A stretch of 64,000 nucleotides of DNA from Chloroflexota bacterium (lineage in GTDB: Bacteria > Chloroflexota > UBA11872 > VXOZ01). The stretch spans positions 1,760,001 through 1,824,000 of the forward strand of contig OZ244922.1 of NCBI GenBank assembly GCA_965221905.1. The letters are read 5' to 3'. The notes below the pieces were generated by a model that made no database searches, was not told the DNA's origin, and worked only from the letters and a program-made list of their open reading frames with translations. Below, piece after piece: positions 1-10,153 of this stretch (position 1 is its first letter; each line of letters opens with the position of its first letter). The position numbers and the translations under genes are program-made.

Positions 1-2
1 CG

Positions 3-1196
3 CTTGAAGGGGCGCTGCGCCATACGAGAGGCGTTCTGCCGCTTGTGTCCAATTGCCTCGGCTGGGGCGTACGCACCGTATTCGTGCCGGAGTCCAACGG
101 CGGGGAGGCCGCGATCATAGCCGGACTGGCAGTTTATCCGGCGACTCACCTGCGGCAACTGGTGTTGCACCTCAACGGCATGGAATCGCTTGCCAAAGCC
201 CGACCGCCGGACGCGGAGAACAATGACCCGGTGGAATACGATGTCGATCTGGCGGACGTAAAGGGCCAAGAGCACGCCAAGCGCGCCTTGGAAGTGGCGT
301 GCAGCGGCGGCCATAACGTGCTCTTTTCCGGTCCGCCCGGCACCGGCAAGTCCCTGCTTGCCCAGGCCGTTTCGTCGATCTTGCCGCCGCTCTCGCTGGA
401 GGAAGCCATTGAGGTGAGCAAAGTCTATAGCGTGTGCGGACTATTGCAGCCGGATGAACCTCTCGTCTTGAAGCGGCCTTTTCGCTCGCCCCACCACACC
501 GTCTCCCATGCGGGACTTGTCGGCGGCGGGCGCTTTCCGCGACCGGGTGAAATCAGCCAGGCGCATCGCGGCGTCCTGTTCCTCGATGAGATACCCGAGT
601 TCCCCAGCAACATGCTCGACATGCTGCGCCAGCCGCTCGAATCCGGCAAAGTGACAATCTCGCGAGCTTCGGGTTCAATGACGTTTCCCGCACAGTTCTT
701 GCTCATCGGCGCGATGAACCCCTGCCCGTGCGGCTGGTACGGCGATCCGGTGCGCACCTGCACGTGCAATCCCGCCATCGTCACGCGCTATCAGAGAAAA
801 CTCTCCGGCCCGCTCCTCGACCGCGTAGACATTCATGTTGAAGTACCGCGTGTAGAGTATGAAAAGCTGACAGAAGATCGACGCGGCGAACCGTCGGCAG
901 ACGTGCGCGAGCGCGTTATCCGCGCGCGTCAGGTGCAACGGGAACGGTTTGCCGAGCTCCCCTTCAAGACCAACGGCGAAATAGGGCCCCGTCACGTGCG
1001 TGAATTCTGCGCGCTCCAAGAGGAGGCGCAGAATCTCATGCGGACGGCCATGGATCGCATGCAATTGACTGCGCGCAGCTTTCATCGCGTGCTCAAGCTC
1101 GCTCGCACGATTGCGGACATGGACGAAGCCGAATCCATTGCAGTCCAGCACTTGGCTGAGGCCCTGCAATACCGTCCCAAGCTCATCACCAGCTAG
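3..1196 (+). CDS. comM: YifB/ComM family Mg-chelatase-like AAA+ ATPase (5' end outside window)
   Basis: Frame open from window start (LEGALRHTRGVLP); DVKGQEHAKRALEVA, Walker A GPPGTGKS, RPFRSPHHT, GVLFLDE, MNPCPCG, LSGPLLDRVD motifs. Confidence 0.93.
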   Translation, partial: LEGALRHTRGVLPLVSNCLGWGVRTVFVPESNGGEAAIIAGLAVYPATHLRQLVLHLNGMESLAKARPPDAENNDPVEYDVDLADVKGQEHAKRALEVACSGGHNVLFSGPPGTGKSLLAQAVSSILPPLSLEEAIEVSKVYSVCGLLQPDEPLVLKRPFRSPHHTVSHAGLVGGGRFPRPGEISQAHRGVLFLDEIPEFPSNMLDMLRQPLESGKVTISRASGSMTFPAQFLLIGAMNPCPCGWYGDPVRTCTCNPAIVTRYQRKLSGPLLDRVDIHVEVPRVEYEKLTEDRRGEPSADVRERVIRARQVQRERFAELPFKTNGEIGPRHVREFCALQEEAQNLMRTAMDRMQLTARSFHRVLKLARTIADMDEAESIAVQHLAEALQYRPKLITS

Positions 1197-1489
1197 ACAC
1201 TCTATAGCTCCCCTTGTGGACTCTTCTCCTTTGGTCATTAGCGGCGCAGTGCGCCTCTCATAGCCAAGTAAGCGGTCTTTTGATGAGCACGCTTGCTGAA
1301 CGAAGGGCCTCAGGCGCCTTGATTCTTGGAGGATCGTTTGGGCGCCGCTTCTTCTTGGGAAGCCCTCTGTCACAGTCTGAGACTTCGATCAATTGGTGCG
1401 CTATAGTATAAGGACGCCTCGCGGAACCCCGTTGGAAGAGGCTGTTACTCCCGTAAATTGACCGGTTAGCGGATGCTGAGGATTCGGTA

Positions 1490-2887
1490 GTGAACAAAGA
1501 CACCGAAAACGTGAATGCTGCAAACAATCGCGCTTCGCCGCGTGCGCACAGGCCGTTTCGTGTCTTTGGCCTCTTTCAAGAGTTCGCTCATGCGCAGGCC
1601 TCCAGTGGCATCGTCTTGATGGTCTGCGTGATCGTTGCCATCGTGTGGGCAAATTCCCCTTTTGGCTCTTCATACTATGACCTCTGGCATCTCCACATTG
1701 CCGTCAAATTCGGCGACGTTCATTGGCTAAACGATGTGTTCGACCAGCCGCTCGAATACTGGATAAACGACGGCCTGATGGCAATCTTCTTCTTTGTGGT
1801 GGGCCTTGAGATAAAGCGCGAGGTAATTGCCGGAGAACTCGCCTCCCTGCGACGCGCGATGCTGCCAATCATGGCGGCTATCGGTGGCATGCTTGTGCCC
1901 GCTGCCATCTTCCTGTGGTTCAACTGGGGCGGGCCGGCGCAACGCGGCTGGGGCATCCCCATGGCAACCGACATCGCGTTTACGCTCGGCGTGATGGCAG
2001 TCCTGGGTAGCAGAGTGCCCACTCCCATAAAGGTTTTCCTCACCGCTCTCGCCATCGTGGACGACATTGGCGCGGTGCTCGTAATTGCTATTTTCTATAC
2101 GAGCGACATCTCGCTGCTGGCGTTAGGCATCGCAGGGGTGTTCGTGCTATTGATGATAGCGGCCAATCGAATGGGAATTCGCAGCACCCTGGTGTACATC
2201 CTCTTGGGGGCGTGCGGTCTGTGGCCGGCCTTTATATTTTCGGGCGTACACCCGACCGTGGCGGGGGTCATGGCCGCGTTTACGATTCCGGTGCGCCGGC
2301 GTATCGATAGCGCGGAATTCACCAACTTGAGCCGCGTGTACATCGACGAGTTTGCGCAGGCCTCGGGTCACGGGGACAGTGTGCTGGCGAATGAAGAGCA
2401 GGTTTCCCTGATGCGCTCAATCGAGCGAACTGCCCTCGGAGCGCAATCGCCGTTGCAGCGCTTTGAGAACACGCTTCACCCTTGGACGGTTTTCGGCATC
2501 ATGCCTTTGTTTGCGCTCGCCAACGCCGGTGTCTCGATCAAGGCTGACTTTACCAGTATGATCGAAGAGCCGTTGGCTCGGGGTGTGGCGCTAGGTCTCC
2601 TTGTCGGCAAGCCGCTCGGCATCATGCTCTTTTCCGTAGTAGCGGTGCGGTTGGGTCTCGCTACGTTGCCCAGTCGCGTGCGTTGGGTCCACGTGTTTGG
2701 CGCGGGATGCCTGGCGGGAATTGGCTTCACGATGTCGCTCTTCATTGCCAATCTCGCAATGGGCGGCACGGAGTTGTTGGAAGCCGCAAAGATCAGCATT
2801 TTGGTGGGATCGTTGCTAGCAGGTATTCTCGGCTGGTTGGTCTTTCAGTTTGCCCCGCTCTTCGGCCGGAGCCGCAGCGGCGAATAA
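1490..2887 (+). CDS. nhaA: Na+/H+ antiporter NhaA (long type)
   Basis: WINDGLMAIFFFVVGLEIKRE, GWGIPMATDIAF, LAIVDD, GIGFTMSLFI motifs. Confidence 0.95.
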   Translation: MNKDTENVNAANNRASPRAHRPFRVFGLFQEFAHAQASSGIVLMVCVIVAIVWANSPFGSSYYDLWHLHIAVKFGDVHWLNDVFDQPLEYWINDGLMAIFFFVVGLEIKREVIAGELASLRRAMLPIMAAIGGMLVPAAIFLWFNWGGPAQRGWGIPMATDIAFTLGVMAVLGSRVPTPIKVFLTALAIVDDIGAVLVIAIFYTSDISLLALGIAGVFVLLMIAANRMGIRSTLVYILLGACGLWPAFIFSGVHPTVAGVMAAFTIPVRRRIDSAEFTNLSRVYIDEFAQASGHGDSVLANEEQVSLMRSIERTALGAQSPLQRFENTLHPWTVFGIMPLFALANAGVSIKADFTSMIEEPLARGVALGLLVGKPLGIMLFSVVAVRLGLATLPSRVRWVHVFGAGCLAGIGFTMSLFIANLAMGGTELLEAAKISILVGSLLAGILGWLVFQFAPLFGRSRSGE

Positions 2888-3139
2888 GGCGTTCCGGTAT
2901 CGTGCGAATACTTGCGCTCCAGAACTGCCTCTCTCGATTAGCTGTCGACTGTGGTCGTACATTGTGCCTGCCCTAGGAATGATGGCGGCTACTGACCGCA
3001 GGGCCGCCAAAACGGTGCAACTCGACCGTAATACGAGACACTTCCTGCAATCGAGAAGAGTGGAGAATCCGGCCCAAGTCTTGGAAAGGCGCTGTGGATG
3101 AGACAAGAACGGCGCCGCAGAACTGTACGAACGACCGGA

Positions 3140-4471
3140 CTATCCGAGAAGGCGCGTGAGATTGCTCGGAATCTTGCCCGTCGCCAGTGATTTCATCACG
3201 GCCTGCATCTGGCGGAAATTGTTGAGGAGTTGGTTGACTTCGGCAGGGGTTGTGCCGCTGCCGGCCGCTATGCGCCGCCGCCGGGAACCATCGATGATTG
3301 CAGGGCTGCGCCGTTCAGCCAGAGTCATCGAGTAGATCATGGCCTCTACGCGGGCGAACTGGCGTTCGTCTAGCGCCGCAGCCATTGCGGGATTGCGCAT
3401 GAACTGACCCATACCGGGGACCATTTCGAGAATTTGTCCCAACGATCCCATTTTCTTGATCTGCTGCAACTGCTCTACAAAGTCCTCCAAGGTAAAGCTG
3501 GCGGTGCGAATCTTCTTCTCTAGAGCAGCAGCCTGTTCGGCATCGATGGTCTCTTCCGCGCGCTCGATGAGACTGAGCACGTCGCCCATGCCCAAGATGC
3601 GCGATGCTAAGCGGTCCGGATAGAAGGGATCGAGCGGCTCGATCTTCTCGCCGCTGCCCAGAAACCTAATCGGTATGCCGGTCACACTCCGTACGGACAG
3701 CGCTGCACCGCCGCGCGCGTCGCCGTCGGTCTTCGTGAGGATTAGTCCCGTGAGCGGCACCTGGTCGTGGAATGCCTGTGCCACGTTGACGGCTTCTTGA
3801 CCCGTCATGGCATCGGCAACGAGCAGCACCTCTTGGGGTGAGACGGCTGCCGCGATTTCCTGAATCTCTTCCATCATATCCGTGTCAATCTGAAGGCGTC
3901 CTGCCGTATCAACGATGACTGTGTTCAGCCGCTCTTTTCGCGCTCGTTCGACGGCTGTTTTGGCAATTATCGTGGGCGGTTGAGTCGTGCCCATGGCATG
4001 CACCGGCACATCTATTTGCTTGCCGATGGTCTGAAGCTGTTCGATTGCCGCGGGACGATAGATGTCCGCCGCAGCCAGCAGGCAGCGCTGTCCTTGCTTG
4101 CGCAGCGCCAGGGCAAGCTTGCCCGCGGCGGTTGTCTTGCCTGAGCCCTGCAGGCCAACCAGCATGATAACGTGCGGCGGCGAGCCGGTCAGCGTGAGCG
4201 GAACGGGATCGCCGAGCAGGCGGATGAGCTCTTCATGAACGATCTTGACGACCTGCTGCCCCGGCGTCAGGCTTTCCATGACCTCGGCGCCTATGGCCCG
4301 TTCGCGCAGCGCCTTGAGAAAACTGCGCACGACCTTGAAACTAACGTCAGCCTCGAACAGCGCCAGGCGTACCTCACGCAAGGCGGCATCCACGTCGGCC
4401 TCGCTCAGTTTGCCGCGCCCGCGCAGCCCCTTGAGCACGCCCTGCAGGCGATCGGAAAGCGATTCAAACAT
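3140..4471 (-). CDS. ffh: Signal recognition particle protein Ffh
   Basis: MFESLSDRL start, GLQGSGKTT, DTAGR, TKTDGDARGG, RILGMGD, M domain SRRRRIAAGSG. Confidence 0.97.
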   Translation of the reverse strand: MFESLSDRLQGVLKGLRGRGKLSEADVDAALREVRLALFEADVSFKVVRSFLKALRERAIGAEVMESLTPGQQVVKIVHEELIRLLGDPVPLTLTGSPPHVIMLVGLQGSGKTTAAGKLALALRKQGQRCLLAAADIYRPAAIEQLQTIGKQIDVPVHAMGTTQPPTIIAKTAVERARKERLNTVIVDTAGRLQIDTDMMEEIQEIAAAVSPQEVLLVADAMTGQEAVNVAQAFHDQVPLTGLILTKTDGDARGGAALSVRSVTGIPIRFLGSGEKIEPLDPFYPDRLASRILGMGDVLSLIERAEETIDAEQAAALEKKIRTASFTLEDFVEQLQQIKKMGSLGQILEMVPGMGQFMRNPAMAAALDERQFARVEAMIYSMTLAERRSPAIIDGSRRRRIAAGSGTTPAEVNQLLNNFRQMQAVMKSLATGKIPSNLTRLLG

Positions 4472-4486
4472 AATTAACACACACCA

Positions 4487-5224
4487 TTAGGTATCGAGCT
4501 TGTTTGCCCCATGCTGGGCTACGAGGTTTTGGGACTCCAGGTACATCTCGAATGATTCACCGCAGTCTGCCCAAAAGCCCTCAAGAATATCGTACTCCAG
4601 ATTGCCTTCCTGGAGATAGTAGCTATTAACGTCCGTAATCTCCATCTCACCCCGTCCTGAGGGGCGGAGCTTGGAGACGATCTCAAAAACCCGCTCATCG
4701 TAGAAGTAAATCCCGGTCTGTACGAGATTTGACTTCGGTCTTGCCGGCTTCTCTGTGATGTTCTTGATGCGGCCGTCCTCGATCTCTACCACGCCGTAGC
4801 TCGATGGATTCTCAACCCGGGTCAACATGACGCGCGCGCCCCGCTCCTGCGCCTCGAAGTTTCGGCGTGCTGCGAGCAGGTTCCCTTCAATGATGTTATC
4901 GCCGAGCATCAGTAACAGGGAGTCGCCTTCCGCAAAGTCCCGCGCTAGTCCGAGGGCGTGGGCGATGCCGGCAGGACGATCCTGATACGTGTAGTGGAGG
5001 CGCTTCAGACCAAAGTCGCTGCCGTTTCCCAACAAGCGCAAGAAATCACCGGCGTTACTGCCGCCGGTCACTAACATAATGTCGGTTATACCGGCGTTCA
5101 CCAGAGTCTGGATGGGATAGTACACCATTGGCTTGTCATAAATCGGCAATAGATGCTTGTTTGCCACCCGAGTGAGCGGGTCCAAGCGACTACCACTGCC
5201 TCCGACCAGAATGACACCCTTCAC
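4487..5224 (-). CDS. Sugar-1-phosphate nucleotidyltransferase (RmlA/SpsI-like glucose-1-phosphate thymidylyltransferase)
   Basis: GGSGSRLDPLT..NKHLLPIYDKPM, LGDN, EKP, PSGRGEMEITD. Confidence 0.88.
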   Translation of the reverse strand: MKGVILVGGSGSRLDPLTRVANKHLLPIYDKPMVYYPIQTLVNAGITDIMLVTGGSNAGDFLRLLGNGSDFGLKRLHYTYQDRPAGIAHALGLARDFAEGDSLLLMLGDNIIEGNLLAARRNFEAQERGARVMLTRVENPSSYGVVEIEDGRIKNITEKPARPKSNLVQTGIYFYDERVFEIVSKLRPSGRGEMEITDVNSYYLQEGNLEYDILEGFWADCGESFEMYLESQNLVAQHGANKLDT

Positions 5225-5287
5225 GCTGCACGTTCCTTTCCGCTGTTATCTGAAGCGCCACACTATACTTGCTGAAACGTGCCAATT

Positions 5288-6229
5288 CTACGTCGGCACG
5301 GGCTCACCAAGTAAGGCACGGACGAACCGTGTGCTATCAAAAACATCCATATCATTCAATTGCTCGCCCGTGCCCACGAGCTTAATGGGAAGATTCAATT
5401 CACGGGCAATGCCGAAGACACTGCCGCCCCGTGCGGTGCTATCGAGTTTGGTTAGGACAATTCCCGATACGTTAACCGAGTCACAAAAGATCTTCGCTTG
5501 ATTGAGTACGTTCTGCCCCATGATCGCATCGATTACAAGCAAGGTCTCAATCGCCGGAGCACCCACGCGGTTGGCAACGATACGCTGCACCTTGCGGAGC
5601 TCATCCATGAGGTTTGCCTTGGTATGGAGACGACCGGCAGTGTCCACGATGAGGTGCGAGGCATTGCGCGCGAGCGCGGCATCGATGGCATCGAAAACCA
5701 CTGCGCCAGGGTCCGACCCCGGCTGCTGCGCAATGAGGGGCACGTCCAGGCGCTCCGCCCAAATACGTAGCTGATCAATGGCGGCAGCGCGAAACGTGTC
5801 CGCCGCCGCCAGAATGCAGGTGTGGCCTTGCTCCTGCAGCCAGTGCGCCAGTTTCGCCGACATCGTGGTCTTGCCGGAACCGTTGACGCCAACCATAAGG
5901 ACAACGGTGAGGGGTTGCGCGGTAAGGAGCTCACCAGAGTCTGCAGTGAGTTGTGCTACGAGCAGATCTTCAATCAGACCGTGCGCGTCTGCCGCCGAAT
6001 CGAGCTTGGCTTGCGCAACCGTCTCCCGCGCACTCCTAATGAGGTCGTCAGCAAGATAAGGGCCCACGTCGGCCATGATAAGGGTGGCTTCAAGCTCTTC
6101 CCAAAAGTCTTCGTCCAGCCGGACTCCGGGCCGAAAGAGCTCACGGAGCGCCGAAAAGGCGCCCCCGCGACTCTTTTCCACACTCTCTTCGAGCGACTTG
6201 CCACCAAGTATCTGTTTGAACCGCTTCAC
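5288..6229 (-). CDS. ftsY: SRP receptor FtsY (start uncertain; GTG at 6229 chosen)
   Basis: GVNGSGKTT, AAADTFRAAA, DTAGRLH, TKLDSTARGG, GTGE motifs; the longer ORF start overlaps the upstream gene. Confidence 0.93.
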   Translation of the reverse strand: MKRFKQILGGKSLEESVEKSRGGAFSALRELFRPGVRLDEDFWEELEATLIMADVGPYLADDLIRSARETVAQAKLDSAADAHGLIEDLLVAQLTADSGELLTAQPLTVVLMVGVNGSGKTTMSAKLAHWLQEQGHTCILAAADTFRAAAIDQLRIWAERLDVPLIAQQPGSDPGAVVFDAIDAALARNASHLIVDTAGRLHTKANLMDELRKVQRIVANRVGAPAIETLLVIDAIMGQNVLNQAKIFCDSVNVSGIVLTKLDSTARGGSVFGIARELNLPIKLVGTGEQLNDMDVFDSTRFVRALLGEPVPT

Positions 6230-6348
6230 CGCGGAGTTTTCTGCATGTGTGTAGAGGGTGTCATCTTGTTCATTGCGTTTCGTGGGAGCAGGCGGGCGGC
6301 ATGGCCGCTCATGTCGCGGCCCAGGCTCGTGTCCGATCGGGAAAGAAC

Positions 6349-7182
6349 CTACTCCGTGAGGTAGACGCCTACCTCCATCAGCGATGTGTACTCGGTACTC
6401 CCATAGTTGCTCAGAATGACGATCTTCACATACCACGTTGGATGAGTCTCGAAAGTAAAACGCTGCAAGAGCGGGCTCTCAGCCAGTGTAAACGTGCCCA
6501 CTTCTTCCCACGGCCCATCTGCAGATTCTGTGCTTACAAAGACGCGAAACTCTTGAGGCCACGTTTCTGGCGGGCTTTGTTCGCTGGCCTGAAGCGTAAT
6601 CGCATTCGCATAGGCTTGGCCTCCCGCAAGCACCTCACGCTCGATGCCTAAGACGACTTCCTGCGGAAGAGTGGCATTCTCTGAGCGCCAGTCCGCAACT
6701 ATGGTGCCGGTCCACCCATCCACCAAACGCTTAGCAACGTGGTCGCCATCCTCCCGCTCGCTGGAAGCAGCAAGCACCTGACCGCCCACAATTGCTTCGA
6801 CGAGGTTTAGCCCCTCAGAAGTTTGCAGCGTGCGACTGAATGCGCGCGCCACGCGCGCAGCTTCTTCCGGCTCTAGAGTGATCGAGGCAAGCTGTCTTCC
6901 AAAAATGCCGCCAACTGCCAAGATCAAGGCTAAGAACCCCAGGGTAAAGATTACTGACGAGCGTTTTGGCGCAAAGTCCATAAGCTTTTGACGCAAAGGA
7001 CGTTGGCGGCGCGCCTGAATAGCGTCATATTGCGTAGCGCAATGGAGGCAGAAATGCCGCTCGCCCCGAGCAGTCAAGCATTCATCGCAAAACACGGTAC
7101 CACAGCGATCGCAACGATCGGTGGTCTTGCGATGCGGATGGTTGTAGCACGCGTACTGCTCACGCAGCAAAATCTTTGCCAT
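6349..7182 (-). CDS. Membrane protein with N-terminal B-box-like zinc finger, one TM helix and C-terminal discoidin (F5/8 type C)-like domain
   Basis: CYNH-x6-CDRC-x4-CDEC-x9-CLHC; hydrophobic VIFTLGFLALILAVGGIF; C-terminal ASSE..AKRLVDG..WRS..PQEV..F..YVKIVILSNYG..SLMEV pattern. Confidence 0.7.
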   Translation of the reverse strand: MAKILLREQYACYNHPHRKTTDRCDRCGTVFCDECLTARGERHFCLHCATQYDAIQARRQRPLRQKLMDFAPKRSSVIFTLGFLALILAVGGIFGRQLASITLEPEEAARVARAFSRTLQTSEGLNLVEAIVGGQVLAASSEREDGDHVAKRLVDGWTGTIVADWRSENATLPQEVVLGIEREVLAGGQAYANAITLQASEQSPPETWPQEFRVFVSTESADGPWEEVGTFTLAESPLLQRFTFETHPTWYVKIVILSNYGSTEYTSLMEVGVYLTE

Positions 7183-7271
7183 AGCGAATGCCCAGGAGCG
7201 TTACTCTGAGATTACCCTCATAGTGCGCTGTTGTGCCGGTTGCACACGACCGGTGGCTTCAGCGGAAGATA

Positions 7272-7487
7272 CTAGCGAACAGGACGAGGCTCCCGTTCAG
7301 CATCGGTGACTCGTTCGTTTACGTAAATATCTCCGTTGCGGATCTTGAGATTGAAGAAGCAGTCAGGATTTGTGCACACCCACGCCTTGAACAGTAACGA
7401 CGAGCCTTGACCGCCAAAATCGGAAAACGGCACGAGCACGCCCGTATGACACTTCAGGCACTGGGGAAAGTTGATCATGGTCTCCAT
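7272..7487 (-). CDS. Small zinc-ribbon hypothetical protein (71 aa)
   Basis: CLKC and CTNPDC motifs; purine-rich RBS (AGGAAAAGGGAACC) before ATG; upstream extended -10. Confidence 0.7.
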   Translation of the reverse strand: METMINFPQCLKCHTGVLVPFSDFGGQGSSLLFKAWVCTNPDCFFNLKIRNGDIYVNERVTDAEREPRPVR

Positions 7488-7564
7488 TGGTTCCCTTTTC
7501 CTGCGAACCCAGCTACCGCGCCCCCACGTTGTTGCTTAGCAGGAACTGGGTGTAGACAGTAACA

Positions 7565-7573
7565 ATTATACCA
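7565..7573 (-). promoter_or_regulatory. Extended -10 promoter element (TGGTATAAT) for the Zn-ribbon / B-box / ftsY / ffh gene run
   Basis: Reverse complement of attatacca matches TGnTATAAT, ~80 nt upstream of the 7487 start. Confidence 0.55.
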
Positions 7574-7758
7574 TTGGGTATCTGGCGCCTACTATAGCGT
7601 GACGGTCGCAAGTCGCCAGAGCAGGCAACGGTTAGGTGGGCGAGCCGCCTGCAAGGCGGAATCCAACTGTACGCAACGTCTTGACCAACTCGGCAACAAG
7701 CAACGGCAGCACCGCCCGCATTCCCGGCGGACGATCAGGCTTCTTGATCGGGCACGGA

Positions 7759-8526
7759 TCAAATGTGGACGGTCCGACCGCCATCCACAACCATGGCTGC
7801 GCCGGTAGTGTACGGGGCCTCGTCCGATGCCAGGAACGTCACGGTGTTGGCAATGTCCCGGCCTGCGCCAACGCGCCGTAATGGCGTCTTCTGAAGGAAT
7901 TGACCGACTCCATCTTCAAAGCTTACTCCGTCCGCCGCCATATTCTCCCGCATCATGTCGGTATCGATAGCGCCGGGGAGCACACAATTGACGCGTATGC
8001 CGCCGTCGCCAAATTCCGTCGCCATAGCTTTCGTGAGCGCTACGACTGCACCCTTGGTGGCCGTATACGCCGTGGTGCGTGCCGTGGTGGCGATGGCGCG
8101 CACGGAGGCGATGTTGACGATACTGCCGCTGCCGTTCTCAATCATGAACGGAACGCAGTACTTGCTGCAGAGGAAGATACCCGTCAGGTTTACGGCAAGC
8201 ACCTGATTCCACTGCGCTAAGGTAGTTTCCACGAGCGGCGTATAGAGCCCGATGCCGGCGTTGTTGACCAGTACGTCGATGCGGCCAAAGCGGTCACGTG
8301 CGGACTGGGCCAGGCGTTCGGCATCCGCTTCACTGGAGACGTCTACCTGCACGCCGATTGCGGCGCCGCCCGCATCGCTAATCGCGCCGGCAACCGCCGA
8401 AGCGGTCTCGGCGTTCACATCGCCCACCACCACTTTGGCGCCGGCTTCCGCCAGCCGCTCAGCCGTAGCGCGGCCAATGCCCCGACCGGCTCCGGTAACT
8501 ATCGCCACTCTGTCGGTAAGTTGCAT
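7759..8526 (-). CDS. SDR family oxidoreductase (FabG-like)
   Basis: TGAGRGIG, NNAG, YTATK catalytic motif, VDGG. Confidence 0.92.
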   Translation of the reverse strand: MQLTDRVAIVTGAGRGIGRATAERLAEAGAKVVVGDVNAETASAVAGAISDAGGAAIGVQVDVSSEADAERLAQSARDRFGRIDVLVNNAGIGLYTPLVETTLAQWNQVLAVNLTGIFLCSKYCVPFMIENGSGSIVNIASVRAIATTARTTAYTATKGAVVALTKAMATEFGDGGIRVNCVLPGAIDTDMMRENMAADGVSFEDGVGQFLQKTPLRRVGAGRDIANTVTFLASDEAPYTTGAAMVVDGGRTVHI

Positions 8527-10153
8527 CACGATACTCTCCAATAGTCGGATTCCGAATAGTTGATTGATGCCATTAGTCCTGTAGAACCCTTGCAAGGCCG
8601 GCAGCAATCATCGTGTACTCTACACGCACCGCCCTCTTGGATTCTTCCTCTTCAATTCGCTCATTACGACGCCTCTTGGAGTTTCGAATTTGCGAATGCC
8701 GCATTCTCTTGATGCGCTCCTCAGTGACAACAGTTAGTTGACCCTGGAGGCTTTCAATGAGTGAACTGAAATGCCGATTCAGGCTAGTGATACGTTCATC
8801 GATCAGGGGGTCGTTATATTGCCTTTCAGAAGTTTCTTTGTCTTGACTAACAATCGCTACGTAGTTGCTAGCAGCATCCTGAAGTTGCGAGAATCTGCCT
8901 TCGTCAATTGCAAATTCTGGCTGCTTTCTGTCTTGCTCGCTTGTCAATTGTTTCAAGAACACCTCGGACTGAAAGGGTTGTGGGTCAGGGTCATCTGTGG
9001 GGACAAGAATAGGGATTAGAGTACATTGGGGAGTAGCCGAGAGAATATCAAACCGGTAGATGAAAAAAGCGTAGTCACCATGGGGCGTCTCAGAATTTCG
9101 ATCAATCCAGAGCACGATCTTGGGGACACCGCGACCTCCAAACTTCCTGTAGTAAGCCAGTGCAGCCTGTGCCATTGGATGGTGCAAGGTCACGAACTCA
9201 ATGTTTCTTCTTTTGGCCGTCTCAGCATCGAACGTCAGGGTCAAGAGGCGAGGTTCAGACTGTATTCGACTCAGGAATTGTTCACTCAAGGCCTTGTCTC
9301 TTTGGCCTGCCCGCGCACTGTTTACAAAGTAGTCGGCCAGTTCGTTTCTCGGATAAACGTAGAATGAGCGACCATCTTCCCTTTGAACAAGATGCAAGCC
9401 TGGAAGCGCGTCTGCGAGGAATGTCTCCACCAACGCACGAACTTCCTGGGCTGATACAAAACGACCGGAAGATCGTATCTCCTCCATGTCGCGTTGAAGC
9501 AAGAAGTCCTGCCCTAGAAATAGGCCTTGCTCTCTCTCAAATGCTTTCTGCTCTTGCCGGTGTAGCTCAAGGATGCGTACTGCTTCTTCGACCTTTCGTC
9601 TCTCCTCTTCTGCGGTTAGCCGTGCCACGAAGATGTCGCGCGACAACCTGCTCACTACCTTACCGAGGATCGGCTCTAAGTCGCCAATTGAGGATTCGAA
9701 AAGTCCTATTCGGTTGTACAACCGCTCAAATATCCGTGTCTCAATAGTATTCTCGATAACCAGATTGTAAATCCTTATGCGCTTGTGTTGTTGTCCGAAT
9801 CGATCAAGCCGGCCGATCCGTTGCTCAACTCGCATGGGATTCCACGGTAAGTCATAGTTGAACATTGCGCCGCAGAATTCGAAGTCCAGACCCTCGGCGC
9901 CCACTTCCGTAGACACCATAATCCTTAAGTCGCTGCGATCCCGGAACTCGTCAATTCTGCGTTGTCGTTCATCTAAAGGGACTTGGCCGTGAATAGTCTC
10001 TACGGCGATTCCTTCCCGGGTTAAACGGTCGAATAGATACTGCGCAGTGCCACGGAAGAACGAAAAAACCAGCACTTTACAATTCGGATCATCTTCGAAC
10101 AGAAGGCTGAGTGCCTTACTAAACTCTTTGTATTTTGTGTCCTGGCTTTCTAA

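Noticed and set aside
1380-1489. nhaA-I/II (Li+/Na+) riboswitch upstream of nhaA
   Set aside because: I could not recognise the consensus by eye; an Rfam scan is needed
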